A stretch of 32,000 nt of DNA, from assembly GCF_025643275.1 (NCBI RefSeq), contig NZ_CP089977.1, forward strand, positions 1,170,001 to 1,202,000. Direction: 5' to 3'. The position numbers and the translations under genes are program-made. How positions within the stretch are numbered: position 1 is the first letter of the stretch; every line of letters starts with the position of its first letter. A model generated the notes under the pieces. That model was not told the origin of the DNA. It saw nothing but the letters and a program-made list of their open reading frames with translations, and ran no database searches. Source of the stretch: Moraxella nasicaprae (GTDB taxonomy: Bacteria; Pseudomonadota; Gammaproteobacteria; Pseudomonadales; Moraxellaceae). This document shows, one piece after another, positions 1 to 7,771 of the stretch.

Positions 1-599
1 CCGTGTGTGGTGGCAGAAGTGGCATTGATGATGACATCGTGTTTGGCTCTCATCAGTTCATCGAGCGTTTTGATGGATAAGGGGTGTTTGGATAGGGCAT
101 CAAAATCGGTTGCCAGCGATTGAGCTTTGGTTAGTGTGCGATTGTAGATGGTGAGCCTTGCTCCTGCTTTTAGTAGTGGCAAGATTGCTCCACGAGTCGC
201 TCCACCAGCCCCAACGATGGCGACATCTGATGATGCCAAAGATACGCCTTGTCCAATCAAATCTGCCACCAGTCCACGCCCATCGGTGTTGTCGCCATAG
301 AGCTTACCGTCCTTGATGGCAAGGGTATTGACCGCCTTAGCACAAGCTGCCTCATCGCTAAGATTGCCTGTATCGACACACAGCTGATAGGCGATTTCTT
401 TAAAGGGCAAGGTGACATTTGCCCCCACGCCACCACCATGAAAAAATGCTTGCACCACCGCCACAAAACTGTCTTTGTCATCAGGGCAAAACTGCCGCTG
501 ATAGCTGATGGCAAGCCCTGTATGCTTGGCAAAGGCGTGATGAATTTGGGGGCTTTTTGAATGGCTGATGGGATTGCCAATGACGATGAAATGTTGCAT
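1..599 (-). CDS. aroE: shikimate 5-dehydrogenase AroE, 3' end cut by the window edge (about 199 N-terminal codons present)
   Basis: It is missing from the ORF track because no stop codon lies in-window. Reverse-strand translation from the ATG (complement of 597-599) reads MQHFIVIGNPISHSKSPQIHHAFAK...GANVTLPFKE...GDNTDGRGLV...IVGAGGATRGAILPLL...IYNRT. These are the AroE substrate-binding and NADP Rossmann motifs. Track ORFs 249..560(+) and 257..709(-) are off-frame shadows. Confidence 0.85.
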   Translation of the reverse strand, partial: MQHFIVIGNPISHSKSPQIHHAFAKHTGLAISYQRQFCPDDKDSFVAVVQAFFHGGGVGANVTLPFKEIAYQLCVDTGNLSDEAACAKAVNTLAIKDGKLYGDNTDGRGLVADLIGQGVSLASSDVAIVGAGGATRGAILPLLKAGARLTIYNRTLTKAQSLATDFDALSKHPLSIKTLDELMRAKHDVIINATSATTH

Positions 600-867
600 A
601 GCTGTGTGCCTAATCCAAAAATCAAACCTTTTTGCACGATGGCGACCATCTGCCCAAAAGTTAAGCTGATGGGCATCATGATTTGCCATGACTTAAATCG
701 TTGCCACAAATGGCGATTTTTTAGGATTTTGTGGAAGGTTTGATGTTGTCAAAAATTCAGCAAACAATAAGCCAATGCTGACGACTTGTCAAGTTTTTGG
801 GCAAATCATGATATTTGGCAAAGTGGCTAAAACCCTGTACAATGGCAGATAACTTCACCAAATAAGA

Positions 868-1443
868 ATGCTTATGACCGCTAATAACAAGACAAACAAA
901 CCTGTCATTTTGTGGATAGTGATTGGACTCATACTGTTTTTATTGCTGTGGTTTGGCATATCGTCTGATGAGTCAGCCCAAGCCCCAACCGATGTGCCAA
1001 AATCGCCCCCAACTGCGGTCATCTATCCCACTGATGATTGGCAGTTGCCCAGCCGACAAAGTGCCAAAATGACTGATATTAAGGCGGTGCTGGGCGATGT
1101 TATCCAGACGCAGTCGTCACTGGATTTTTATGGCAGACCTGCAACTTTATCCTATTATCGACAGGCCTTTTTGCCACCACTTTATACGGTTGAGTCTGAT
1201 AGACTGTTTGAGCTGGTGTGGTATTATCCCACCCCCACTGACAGCGATGCCGACAAGAGAGCTGGACAAGAATACGCCAAGCGTGCCCATGAATTGATGG
1301 GCGTGGCAACAGGCGAATTGGGGGCAAATCTCATCAAGGCATTGGTGCAGGGCAAGACGATTTCAAAACTGGATTTGGGCGATTTTTATGTGGTGCAGGC
1401 AGCGTGCAAGCCTTATCGCTGTCGTGTGATTTTATCGTATTGA
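868..1443 (+). CDS. hypothetical protein with an N-terminal signal-anchor/TM segment
   Basis: 191-aa ORF. The N-terminus (KPVILWIVIGLILFLLLWFGI) is a hydrophobic helix followed by a Pro/Ser-rich linker. Codon usage resembles the backbone. I recognise no family. Confidence 0.5.
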   Translation: MLMTANNKTNKPVILWIVIGLILFLLLWFGISSDESAQAPTDVPKSPPTAVIYPTDDWQLPSRQSAKMTDIKAVLGDVIQTQSSLDFYGRPATLSYYRQAFLPPLYTVESDRLFELVWYYPTPTDSDADKRAGQEYAKRAHELMGVATGELGANLIKALVQGKTISKLDLGDFYVVQAACKPYRCRVILSY

Positions 1444-1453
1444 TGGGGGCGCG

Positions 1454-2269
1454 ATGTACTATCTATTTGATGGCGATTGGCAGCAGGTACACACGCCCAT
1501 TGATGAACGAGCGTGTGCTTATGGTGATGGATTTTTTAGCACCATTGGCGTGTATGATGGGCAAATGCTTTGGCAAGACCATCACAAAGACAGAATACGC
1601 ACAGGCGTACAGGTGTTTGGTTTTGAGCTGGATATTGAGCCATTGATGGGTCATTTGGTCAAATTTGCCAGTCAAATGAATGAAGGTATCATCAAAATCA
1701 TCGTCAGTCGTTGTCAGCAATCGGTGCGTGGCTATGGCTATCAAGATGGGCAGTGTCAGGTGTGGATTAAGGCGATGCCAAGCCAGATTTATCAAGGCGT
1801 TGTGTGGATTGATGGCGTACCTGTTCAGCCAGCCATGCAGATTGGCTGTTTGCCTGATGCCCTACCAACTCGTATTCCTGCCTTGTGCGGTGTTAAGCTC
1901 ATCGCTTGTCCAGAACAGGTGCTGGCGGTAGCACGATTACAGCAGATACAGCAGGATAATCCAAGCATCAGCGATGCCTTGCTTGGCGATGTGCGGGGCG
2001 AGTGGATTTCGGGGACGACGGGCAATGTGCTGTATCGGCTTGATGGGCAATGGTACACACCGCCCATCACTCACGCAGGTGTGGCTGGGGTGATGCGTGC
2101 GGTGCTGTGTCAGCGATATGCCATCAGAGAACGCAGACTTATCGATGATGATTTGGCACGGCTTGATGCTTGTGTTTTGACCAATGCGGTGCGAGGCATC
2201 ACGCCTGTTGTGGCGTTATATCATCAAGGGCAATGGCGGACGCTATCTGTGTGCATGCCGTTATCGTGA
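1454..2269 (+). CDS. pabC: aminodeoxychorismate lyase (class IV aminotransferase fold)
   Basis: 271-aa ORF. The N-terminus DERACAYGDGFFSTIGV is typical of PabC/class IV PLP enzymes. It sits just upstream of mltG-tmk, matching the conserved pabC-mltG-tmk neighbourhood of gammaproteobacteria. Confidence 0.8.
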   Translation: MYYLFDGDWQQVHTPIDERACAYGDGFFSTIGVYDGQMLWQDHHKDRIRTGVQVFGFELDIEPLMGHLVKFASQMNEGIIKIIVSRCQQSVRGYGYQDGQCQVWIKAMPSQIYQGVVWIDGVPVQPAMQIGCLPDALPTRIPALCGVKLIACPEQVLAVARLQQIQQDNPSISDALLGDVRGEWISGTTGNVLYRLDGQWYTPPITHAGVAGVMRAVLCQRYAIRERRLIDDDLARLDACVLTNAVRGITPVVALYHQGQWRTLSVCMPLS

Positions 2270-2734
2270 TGGCATAAACAGCTTTTTTAGGGCGTTTAGG
2301 GCTTGATATTTGGTATCAAGCTCATCGCTGTCTTGGCGAAGTTTATCCACTTTATCCATCAAAGTTTGGCGTGCTTGCTCAAATTCTATCCGTGCCATCA
2401 TCTCGTCAATGAGCGTCTCTTCTTCGTGGCGTTTGGCAAAGGCGGTCAAATCCACCTTATCCACGACCCATTTATAGCGATAGTGTGTGTTTGCTTGGAT
2501 TTTTGGGGCTTGGTGCACTTGGGTGATGCGAGCGATTGCCAGCCGATTTTGGGCGTGTACGACCACACGGTCGCCAACTTGTAGATTAAGCAGGATATTG
2601 GCTTTGTAGGTATAAGCTCGTCCGTCTTGGCTAGGTGTGTCATCAAGATTGTCTGGCTCAAAAAAATCATCAAAGACGACTTCAACGGTGGTGTAATCGC
2701 TTTGCAATAAGTCAGCGTGATGAAATTTATCCAT
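2261..2734 (-). CDS. hypothetical protein with a coiled-coil-like C-terminus
   Basis: 157-aa ORF convergent with pabC, overlapping its 3' end by 9 nt. The composition is clean and backbone-like, and the C-terminal third is charged and helical (EEETLIDEMMARIEFEQARQTLMDKVDKLRQDSDELD). No family recognised. Confidence 0.55.
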   Translation of the reverse strand: MDKFHHADLLQSDYTTVEVVFDDFFEPDNLDDTPSQDGRAYTYKANILLNLQVGDRVVVHAQNRLAIARITQVHQAPKIQANTHYRYKWVVDKVDLTAFAKRHEEETLIDEMMARIEFEQARQTLMDKVDKLRQDSDELDTKYQALNALKKLFMPSR

Positions 2735-2861
2735 AAAAATTCCTTGTTGTTTTATTTTGTGATTTTGATGGCGGTGCTTTATGATACCAAAACTAATGGC
2801 AAAGTTACAATTTTCTTGACGCTAGGCAACTAACTTTTGCTAAAATAGGCAAAATTTTTGT

Positions 2862-3962
2862 GTGATAAAAAATATGAGCAGAATCAAACGCCCAACCAAA
2901 ACCAAAAAATCCACCAATCGTTTGACCAGCATTTTGGTTGTGTTAAGCCTTGTGGCACTTGTTGTGCTATTGGCGGTCTATCAAAGCATCTTTTCTACCA
3001 CCAAAAAAGCTGAACAAAACCTGACTGTCAGCAAAGGCGATACTTACCAAAAACTTCTTACCAAGCCCAGTTGGTCAGATGCGTGGTTGGCATCAGATTT
3101 TGTGACTCGTGCTTATTTGTCTGTGGCTGCCGACAAGCCATTGCAGGCAGGAGACTATACCATTCCTGCTGGGGCAAGCCTTGCCCAGACGGTCAAGATT
3201 TTGGGCGAGGGTGCGAAGGTTGAACAAATCACGGTGCGTATCATCGAGGGCAAAACCATCAAAGATTTGTATCAAACGCTAAAAAATACCGATGGCGTGG
3301 TGCTAGAAACCTTGACCCCAAAGGCAGATGGCTATGCTTGGAGCGATGTCGCTAGGGACAATGAGGCGGTCGCCAAAGCACTTGGCATCAGCTCGCCTAA
3401 TGGTAATTTGGAGGGTTGGTTTGCTCCTAATACTTATCACTTCACCAAAGGCACGACCGACACCGTGATTCTAAAACGCCTTTATGATACCCAGACCAAA
3501 GTGCTCAATGAAGCATGGGCGGCTCGTGATGAGAATCTACCCTATAAAACGCCATACGAAGCGTTAATCATGGCAAGCATCATCGAAAAAGAAACAGGCA
3601 TCAAATCAGAGCGAAATCTGGTGTCATCGGTATTTGTCAATCGCTTGCGTAAAAATATGCGTCTGCAAACCGACCCAACCATCATCTATGGATTATTTGA
3701 CCGCTATGACGGCAAGATTTATAAGTCCAATATTGCCGAACGCACCGATTATAACACTTATCAAATTGATGGCTTGCCACCCACGCCGATTGCCTTGCCA
3801 TCTGCCGAAGCCATCAAGGCAACCATGCACCCAGATGACAGCGATGTGCTGTTCTTCGTGGCGACAGGTAATGGCGGACATAAATTTAGCAAGACTTTGG
3901 CGGAGCACGACGCTGCTGTTGCCGAATATCGTGCCGTGATGAAACAAAAGGAAAGTCAATGA
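2862..3962 (+). CDS. mltG: endolytic murein transglycosylase MltG (YceG family)
   Basis: It has an N-terminal TM anchor and the YceG catalytic block ASIIEKETG...ERNLVSSVFVNRLRKNMRLQTDPTIIYG. The track start at 2862 is GTG; an ATG at 2874 (MSRIKRP...) is an equally plausible start. Confidence 0.9.
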   Translation: MIKNMSRIKRPTKTKKSTNRLTSILVVLSLVALVVLLAVYQSIFSTTKKAEQNLTVSKGDTYQKLLTKPSWSDAWLASDFVTRAYLSVAADKPLQAGDYTIPAGASLAQTVKILGEGAKVEQITVRIIEGKTIKDLYQTLKNTDGVVLETLTPKADGYAWSDVARDNEAVAKALGISSPNGNLEGWFAPNTYHFTKGTTDTVILKRLYDTQTKVLNEAWAARDENLPYKTPYEALIMASIIEKETGIKSERNLVSSVFVNRLRKNMRLQTDPTIIYGLFDRYDGKIYKSNIAERTDYNTYQIDGLPPTPIALPSAEAIKATMHPDDSDVLFFVATGNGGHKFSKTLAEHDAAVAEYRAVMKQKESQ

Positions 3963-4579
3963 CAGGCAAGTTCATCAGCTTTGAGGGTACCGAAGGCGTG
4001 GGCAAAACCACCGCCATTAACGCATTATGCGATAAGCTGACAACGCTTGGCATTCAGTTTATCAAAACTCGTGAGCCAGGGGGTAGTGTGCTTGCCGAAG
4101 AGTTGCGGGCGATATTTTTGGACAAGACTCGCACCATTGATGCCGATACGGAAATTTTGCTCATGTTTGCCGCTAGGGCTGATCATCTGCACCAAACGAT
4201 TTTGCCAGCATTGCAGGCGGGTAAATGGGTCATTTGCGATAGATTTTGTGACAGTACGATGGCGTATCAGGGCTTTGGGCGATATTTTGGCGACGCACAG
4301 GCGATGATTAAGATTGAGCAGCTGACCCAGCTTTTTGTGCCAAAATTACCTGACATCACGCTGTGGCTGGATTTGGACATTAAGACGGGCATGAGTCGTG
4401 CTGGCAAGCGTGGGGCGTTTGACCGCATGGAAGCCAATGACATTGCATTTTTTGAGCGAGTTTATCAAGGATTGGCGTATCAACACAGTAAATATCCAGC
4501 TCGCATCAAACGCATTGATGCAGCTGGCACGCCTGATGAAGTTGCCAAACGCATTGATGCGGTGCTTGACCTGTTTTGA
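3959..4579 (+). CDS. tmk: thymidylate (dTMP) kinase
   Basis: P-loop FISFEGTEGVGKTT, TREPGG motif and DRFxDST motif. Its start overlaps the mltG stop by 4 nt (ATGA), which suggests an operon. Confidence 0.92.
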   Translation: MTGKFISFEGTEGVGKTTAINALCDKLTTLGIQFIKTREPGGSVLAEELRAIFLDKTRTIDADTEILLMFAARADHLHQTILPALQAGKWVICDRFCDSTMAYQGFGRYFGDAQAMIKIEQLTQLFVPKLPDITLWLDLDIKTGMSRAGKRGAFDRMEANDIAFFERVYQGLAYQHSKYPARIKRIDAAGTPDEVAKRIDAVLDLF

Positions 4580-4803
4580 CAAACAAATCAGCGAAGATGC
4601 TTGACGAATGAGGGGCATTTTGCCATACTAGCCATCGCTACTGATTCTCAATCATCAAATGTTGGCGAGATGGATTTTTGGGTCAAAATTGCCAAAATCA
4701 TCATCAAAACTGCCAAAAAGTATGATAAACTAATCCTAATAAATTGCCATCAGCCAACTGGCAAATATGGCTTAACAATCAATAACCCAAATCAAGGTCG
4801 ATT

Positions 4804-5709
4804 ATGACAGACGCATATCAAGACATTAAATCCAGACTTCGTGGTGCGATTACTGCACTGATTACACCGATGACGACAGACGGTGCGGTGGATTATGATA
4901 AATTAGCGGATTTGATTGAATGGCAGATTGCCGAAGGGATTCATGCGTTGGTGGCGGTTGGTACGACAGGCGAGTCGGCGACTTTGACCATGCAAGAGCA
5001 TAGCAATGTCATTCGTTTCTTTGTCAAGCAAGTCGCTGGGCGTGTGCCTGTGATTGCAGGAACAGGGGCAAATTCCACTCATGAAGCCATCGAGCTGACA
5101 CAGCATGCCAAGGACGCTGGGGCGGATTGTGCGTTGTTGGTGGTTCCTTATTATAACAAACCAACCCAAGAGGGTATGTATCAGCACTACAAGGCGATTG
5201 CTGAGGCGGTGGATATGCCACAGATGCTGTATAATGTACCAGGTCGCACGGTGGTTGATATGAGTCAGCAGACGGTTGAGCGACTGATGAGCATTCCAAA
5301 TATTGTCGCCATCAAAGATGCCACAGGCAATTTGGAGCGTGGCAAGGCATTGATTGAGGCGGTGGGCGAGCATATGGTTGTCTTGTCTGGCGATGACCCA
5401 ACAGCATTAGAGCTGATTAAGCATGGTGCTAAGGGTAATATTTCTGTGACCTCTAATGTTGCACCAAAAGCGATGTCTCAGGTGTTTGCCCTTGCCTTAG
5501 AAGGGCGTTTTGATGAAGCCAATGCCATTCATGATACCATCAAACATCTGCACAAAGATTTGTTCATCGAGTCAAGCCCACAGCCAACCAAGTACGCCCT
5601 GTACAAACTTGGCAAAATCGACAAAGGCATTCGCTTACCGCTGGTCTGGCTATCCCAAGAGTATCAGCCTGTGATTGATGCAGCGATTGAGCGTGCTAAG
5701 CTAATCTAA
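4804..5709 (+). CDS. dapA: 4-hydroxy-tetrahydrodipicolinate synthase
   Basis: 301 aa with GTTGES, YNVPGRT and the AIKDATG active-site Lys block. Confidence 0.93.
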   Translation: MTDAYQDIKSRLRGAITALITPMTTDGAVDYDKLADLIEWQIAEGIHALVAVGTTGESATLTMQEHSNVIRFFVKQVAGRVPVIAGTGANSTHEAIELTQHAKDAGADCALLVVPYYNKPTQEGMYQHYKAIAEAVDMPQMLYNVPGRTVVDMSQQTVERLMSIPNIVAIKDATGNLERGKALIEAVGEHMVVLSGDDPTALELIKHGAKGNISVTSNVAPKAMSQVFALALEGRFDEANAIHDTIKHLHKDLFIESSPQPTKYALYKLGKIDKGIRLPLVWLSQEYQPVIDAAIERAKLI

Positions 5710-5721
5710 ATTATCAAGAGT

Positions 5722-6003
5722 ATGATTATGAAATTCCCAAAATTTATGGTTGTAGCTGCCTCAGCAGTGGTGCTGATGAGTGGTTGCTCAACCATCAAGG
5801 GCGTATTTGCCAAGCGTGATAACGGCAGTCTGACCTATCGCCAAAGCCAAAAACTTGCCCCAATTCAACTGCCTGCCAATCAGCCTGCTGGTGATTTTGT
5901 GCCATTATACACAGCACCGAATGCCGTTGGTGAATTGAGCGACTTCACCAATGAAGCTGGCAAACAGTACCAATTACCAAAACCGCCGACAGTTCGTCGC
6001 TAA
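5722..6003 (+). CDS. small lipoprotein in the BamC (NlpB) position, resembling only the N-terminal BamC segment
   Basis: Signal peptide plus lipobox (VVLMSGC). It lies between dapA and purC, where enterobacteria carry bamC. The mature N-terminus (KRDNGSLTYRQSQKLAPIQLPANQPAGDFVPLYTAP) recalls the unstructured BamD-binding N-terminus of BamC. Only 93 aa long. Confidence 0.6.
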   Translation: MIMKFPKFMVVAASAVVLMSGCSTIKGVFAKRDNGSLTYRQSQKLAPIQLPANQPAGDFVPLYTAPNAVGELSDFTNEAGKQYQLPKPPTVRR

Positions 6004-6028
6004 ACTTTGTCAATGTTGAGATTTTATC

Positions 6029-6745
6029 ATGGAAAAACAAGCTCTGCTCTATACTGGAAAAGCCAAATCTGTTTATGAAACCGCCGACCCTGACTATCTG
6101 GTGTTGCATTTTCGTGATGATGCCAGTGCGTTCAATGGTGAGCGTGTCGCAAGCCTTGACCGTAAAGGTAAAGTAAATAATCGCTTTAATGCTTTTATCA
6201 TGCAAAAATTGGCTGAGGCTGGTATCGAGACCCATTTTGAGCGTCAATTATCCGATGATGAAGTCTTGGTAAAACGCTTGACCATGATTCCTGTTGAGGC
6301 GGTGGTGCGTAATTATGCCGCTGGTGGTCTGATGAAACGCTTAGGTTTGGCAGAAGGCTTGCCATTGTTGCCACCGACTTATGAGCTGTTTTATAAAGAC
6401 GATGCTTTGGGTGACCCAATGTTGTCAGAATCTACCGCCATTGCGTTGGGCTATGCAACTGCCGATGAGCTTGCTCAGATGCAAAGTTTGACTTTCAAAG
6501 TCAATGAAGTGCTTAGCAAGCTGTTTGATGACGCTGGCTTGATGTTGGTGGATTTTAAGCTAGAATTTGGTCTGTTTCATGGTCGTGTGGTTTTGGGCGA
6601 TGAGTTTTCGCCTGATGGTTGCCGTCTATGGGACAAAGAAACCAAAAAGAAATTGGACAAAGACCGTTTCCGCCAAAGTTTGGGCGATGTGGTTGAAGCC
6701 TACGAAGAAGTCGCTCGCCGTATCGGTGTGCCACTAGAAGACTAG
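6029..6745 (+). CDS. purC: phosphoribosylaminoimidazole-succinocarboxamide (SAICAR) synthase
   Basis: 238 aa with [17 protein letters not shown] and the C-terminal DKDRFRQ motifs of PurC. Confidence 0.93.
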   Translation: MEKQALLYTGKAKSVYETADPDYLVLHFRDDASAFNGERVASLDRKGKVNNRFNAFIMQKLAEAGIETHFERQLSDDEVLVKRLTMIPVEAVVRNYAAGGLMKRLGLAEGLPLLPPTYELFYKDDALGDPMLSESTAIALGYATADELAQMQSLTFKVNEVLSKLFDDAGLMLVDFKLEFGLFHGRVVLGDEFSPDGCRLWDKETKKKLDKDRFRQSLGDVVEAYEEVARRIGVPLED

Positions 6746-6765
6746 GATTGATTGACCAAATAGAT

Positions 6766-6796
6766 GCCCGCACAAAGAATTGTGCGGGCTTTTTTT
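6766..6796 (+). terminator. rho-independent terminator after purC
   Basis: The 9-bp perfect stem GCCCGCACA (6766-6774) pairs with TGTGCGGGC (6781-6789) around a 6-nt loop and is followed by T7. Confidence 0.7.
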
Positions 6797-6812
6797 AGAT
6801 TGGAGATTTGTT

Positions 6813-7127
6813 ATGTATAAATTCATCGCCTATATTCCAGAATCGGCATTAGCATCTGTTAAAACAGCGATGTTTGAGGCGGGGGCTGGGCGTGATGGTA
6901 ACTATGATTGCTGTGCTTGGCAGACTTTGGGCGTGGGGCAATTTCGTCCATTGGCTGGGGCGAATCCTGCAATCGGTCAAGTGGGCAAGATGAGCGAAGT
7001 TGCCGAATGGCGAGTAGAGATGATGGTTCATCAAGACAGACTGCGTAAGGTGGTGAGTGCCTATAAGCAAGCTCACCCTTATGAAGTGCCAGCCTATGAA
7101 GTGTATCAGATGATTGATGTTGATTGA
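6813..7127 (+). CDS. small YqfO/NIF3-insert-like (PII-fold-like) protein
   Basis: The track ORF starts at 6780, inside the purC terminator; the ATG at 6813 (MYKFIAYIPES...) is the credible start. The sequence (AGAGRDGNYDCCAWQTLGVGQFRPLAGANPAIGQVG...HPYEVPAYEVY) matches the roughly 100-aa standalone homologues of the NIF3/YqfO insert domain. Confidence 0.6.
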   Translation: MYKFIAYIPESALASVKTAMFEAGAGRDGNYDCCAWQTLGVGQFRPLAGANPAIGQVGKMSEVAEWRVEMMVHQDRLRKVVSAYKQAHPYEVPAYEVYQMIDVD

Positions 7128-7147
7128 TGATTGCTTAGTCGGGTGTC

Positions 7148-7176
7148 TTGACAAATTCCGCAGGGGGGGGTAAAAT
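7148..7176 (+). promoter_or_regulatory. near-consensus sigma70 promoter (TTGACA-17 nt-TAAAAT)
   Basis: TTGACA at 7148-7153, a 17-nt spacer AATTCCGCAGGGGGGGG, then TAAAAT at 7171-7176. An AGGA Shine-Dalgarno (7198-7201) and tandem ATGs at 7205/7208 lie downstream. Confidence 0.5.
7163..7170 (+). repeat. G8 homopolymeric tract inside the promoter spacer
   Basis: Eight consecutive G residues are read directly. They form the 3' half of the 17-nt spacer between the -35 and -10 hexamers. Confidence 0.95.
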
Positions 7177-7204
7177 ATAAAAGTATAACTAAACAATAGG
7201 AAAG

Positions 7205-7285
7205 ATGATGGGAAGATTTTTTGGTGTTTTGTTATTTGGTTTTATTGTGCTGGCTGCTTGGCACGGTTATCGTTATTTTTATTGA
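7205..7285 (+). CDS. 26-codon hydrophobic mini-ORF (MMGRFFGVLLFGFIVLAAWHGYRYFY)
   Basis: It is too short for the ORF track. It is preceded by the promoter and SD above and followed by a terminator at 7340-7363. It has a single TM-like helix with an aromatic/basic tail. Confidence 0.35.
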   Translation: MMGRFFGVLLFGFIVLAAWHGYRYFY

Positions 7286-7339
7286 TGAATCAAAAAAGCA
7301 AGTATCAATCATTGAATGTGATGGATTTGACTAAAAAAC

Positions 7340-7363
7340 AACCACTTAGATGAGTGGTTTTTT
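7340..7363 (+). terminator. rho-independent terminator closing the mini-ORF transcription unit
   Basis: Stem AACCACT (7340-7346) pairs with AGTGGTT (7353-7359) around a 6-nt loop, followed by TTTT. A run of A residues lies upstream. Confidence 0.5.
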
Positions 7364-7729
7364 GCGACTTGGCGAAGTGATATTTAGATGAGCGATGGTA
7401 TTGGCTCGACTGCCACGGACAGTTAAGCATTTGCCAAATCATCATTTGGACAATATTGATGATTGATGTACCCAACCTAATATTAAAAATAACTTAACAA
7501 AATACTGTTAAAAAATCAAGTGATGTCTTTTGTGTCAAGGCGATTTTTGGCAGTTTAAATCAATATCAATATGGATAAGAATTTTTTATGATGTACTTAT
7601 TGACTGTCTGGCGGTCAAAATAACTTTAAGGATGTACAGGCATGGATAAGAATCATCATGGCAGGGACTGACATACCTTAATACGCCTAAATCATGATGA
7701 GATGATGGCTAAGCAATGCTAATTAACAA

Positions 7730-7761
7730 TAAAAAAGCAGGACATAAACCCTGCTTTTTTA
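7730..7761 (-). terminator. bidirectional-looking terminator just downstream of parC
   Basis: AAAAAA-AGCAGG (7736-7741)-8-nt loop-CCTGCT (7750-7755)-TTTTTT, located 10-40 nt beyond the parC stop (7772). Confidence 0.6.
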
Positions 7762-7771
7762 TTGTTCGGAT

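Noticed and set aside
249-709. Track ORFs 249..560(+) and 257..709(-), plus 561..743(+)
   Set aside because: They overlap the clearly recognisable aroE reading frame on the minus strand (ATG at 599). Their translations have no family resemblance and are Cys/Trp/His-rich, so they are off-frame shadow ORFs.
1924-1931. GGCGGTAG, the ops/JUMPstart core used by RfaH at capsule and LPS operons
   Set aside because: It lies inside the pabC coding sequence, 17 kb from the capsule locus. No copy exists in the 18384-18763 leader upstream of neuC, so this is most likely a chance 8-mer.
4601-4807. 68-aa ORF in the tmk-dapA spacer
   Set aside because: It has no SD and no recognisable family, and it runs into the dapA start. 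It is more likely a promoter/leader region for dapA.
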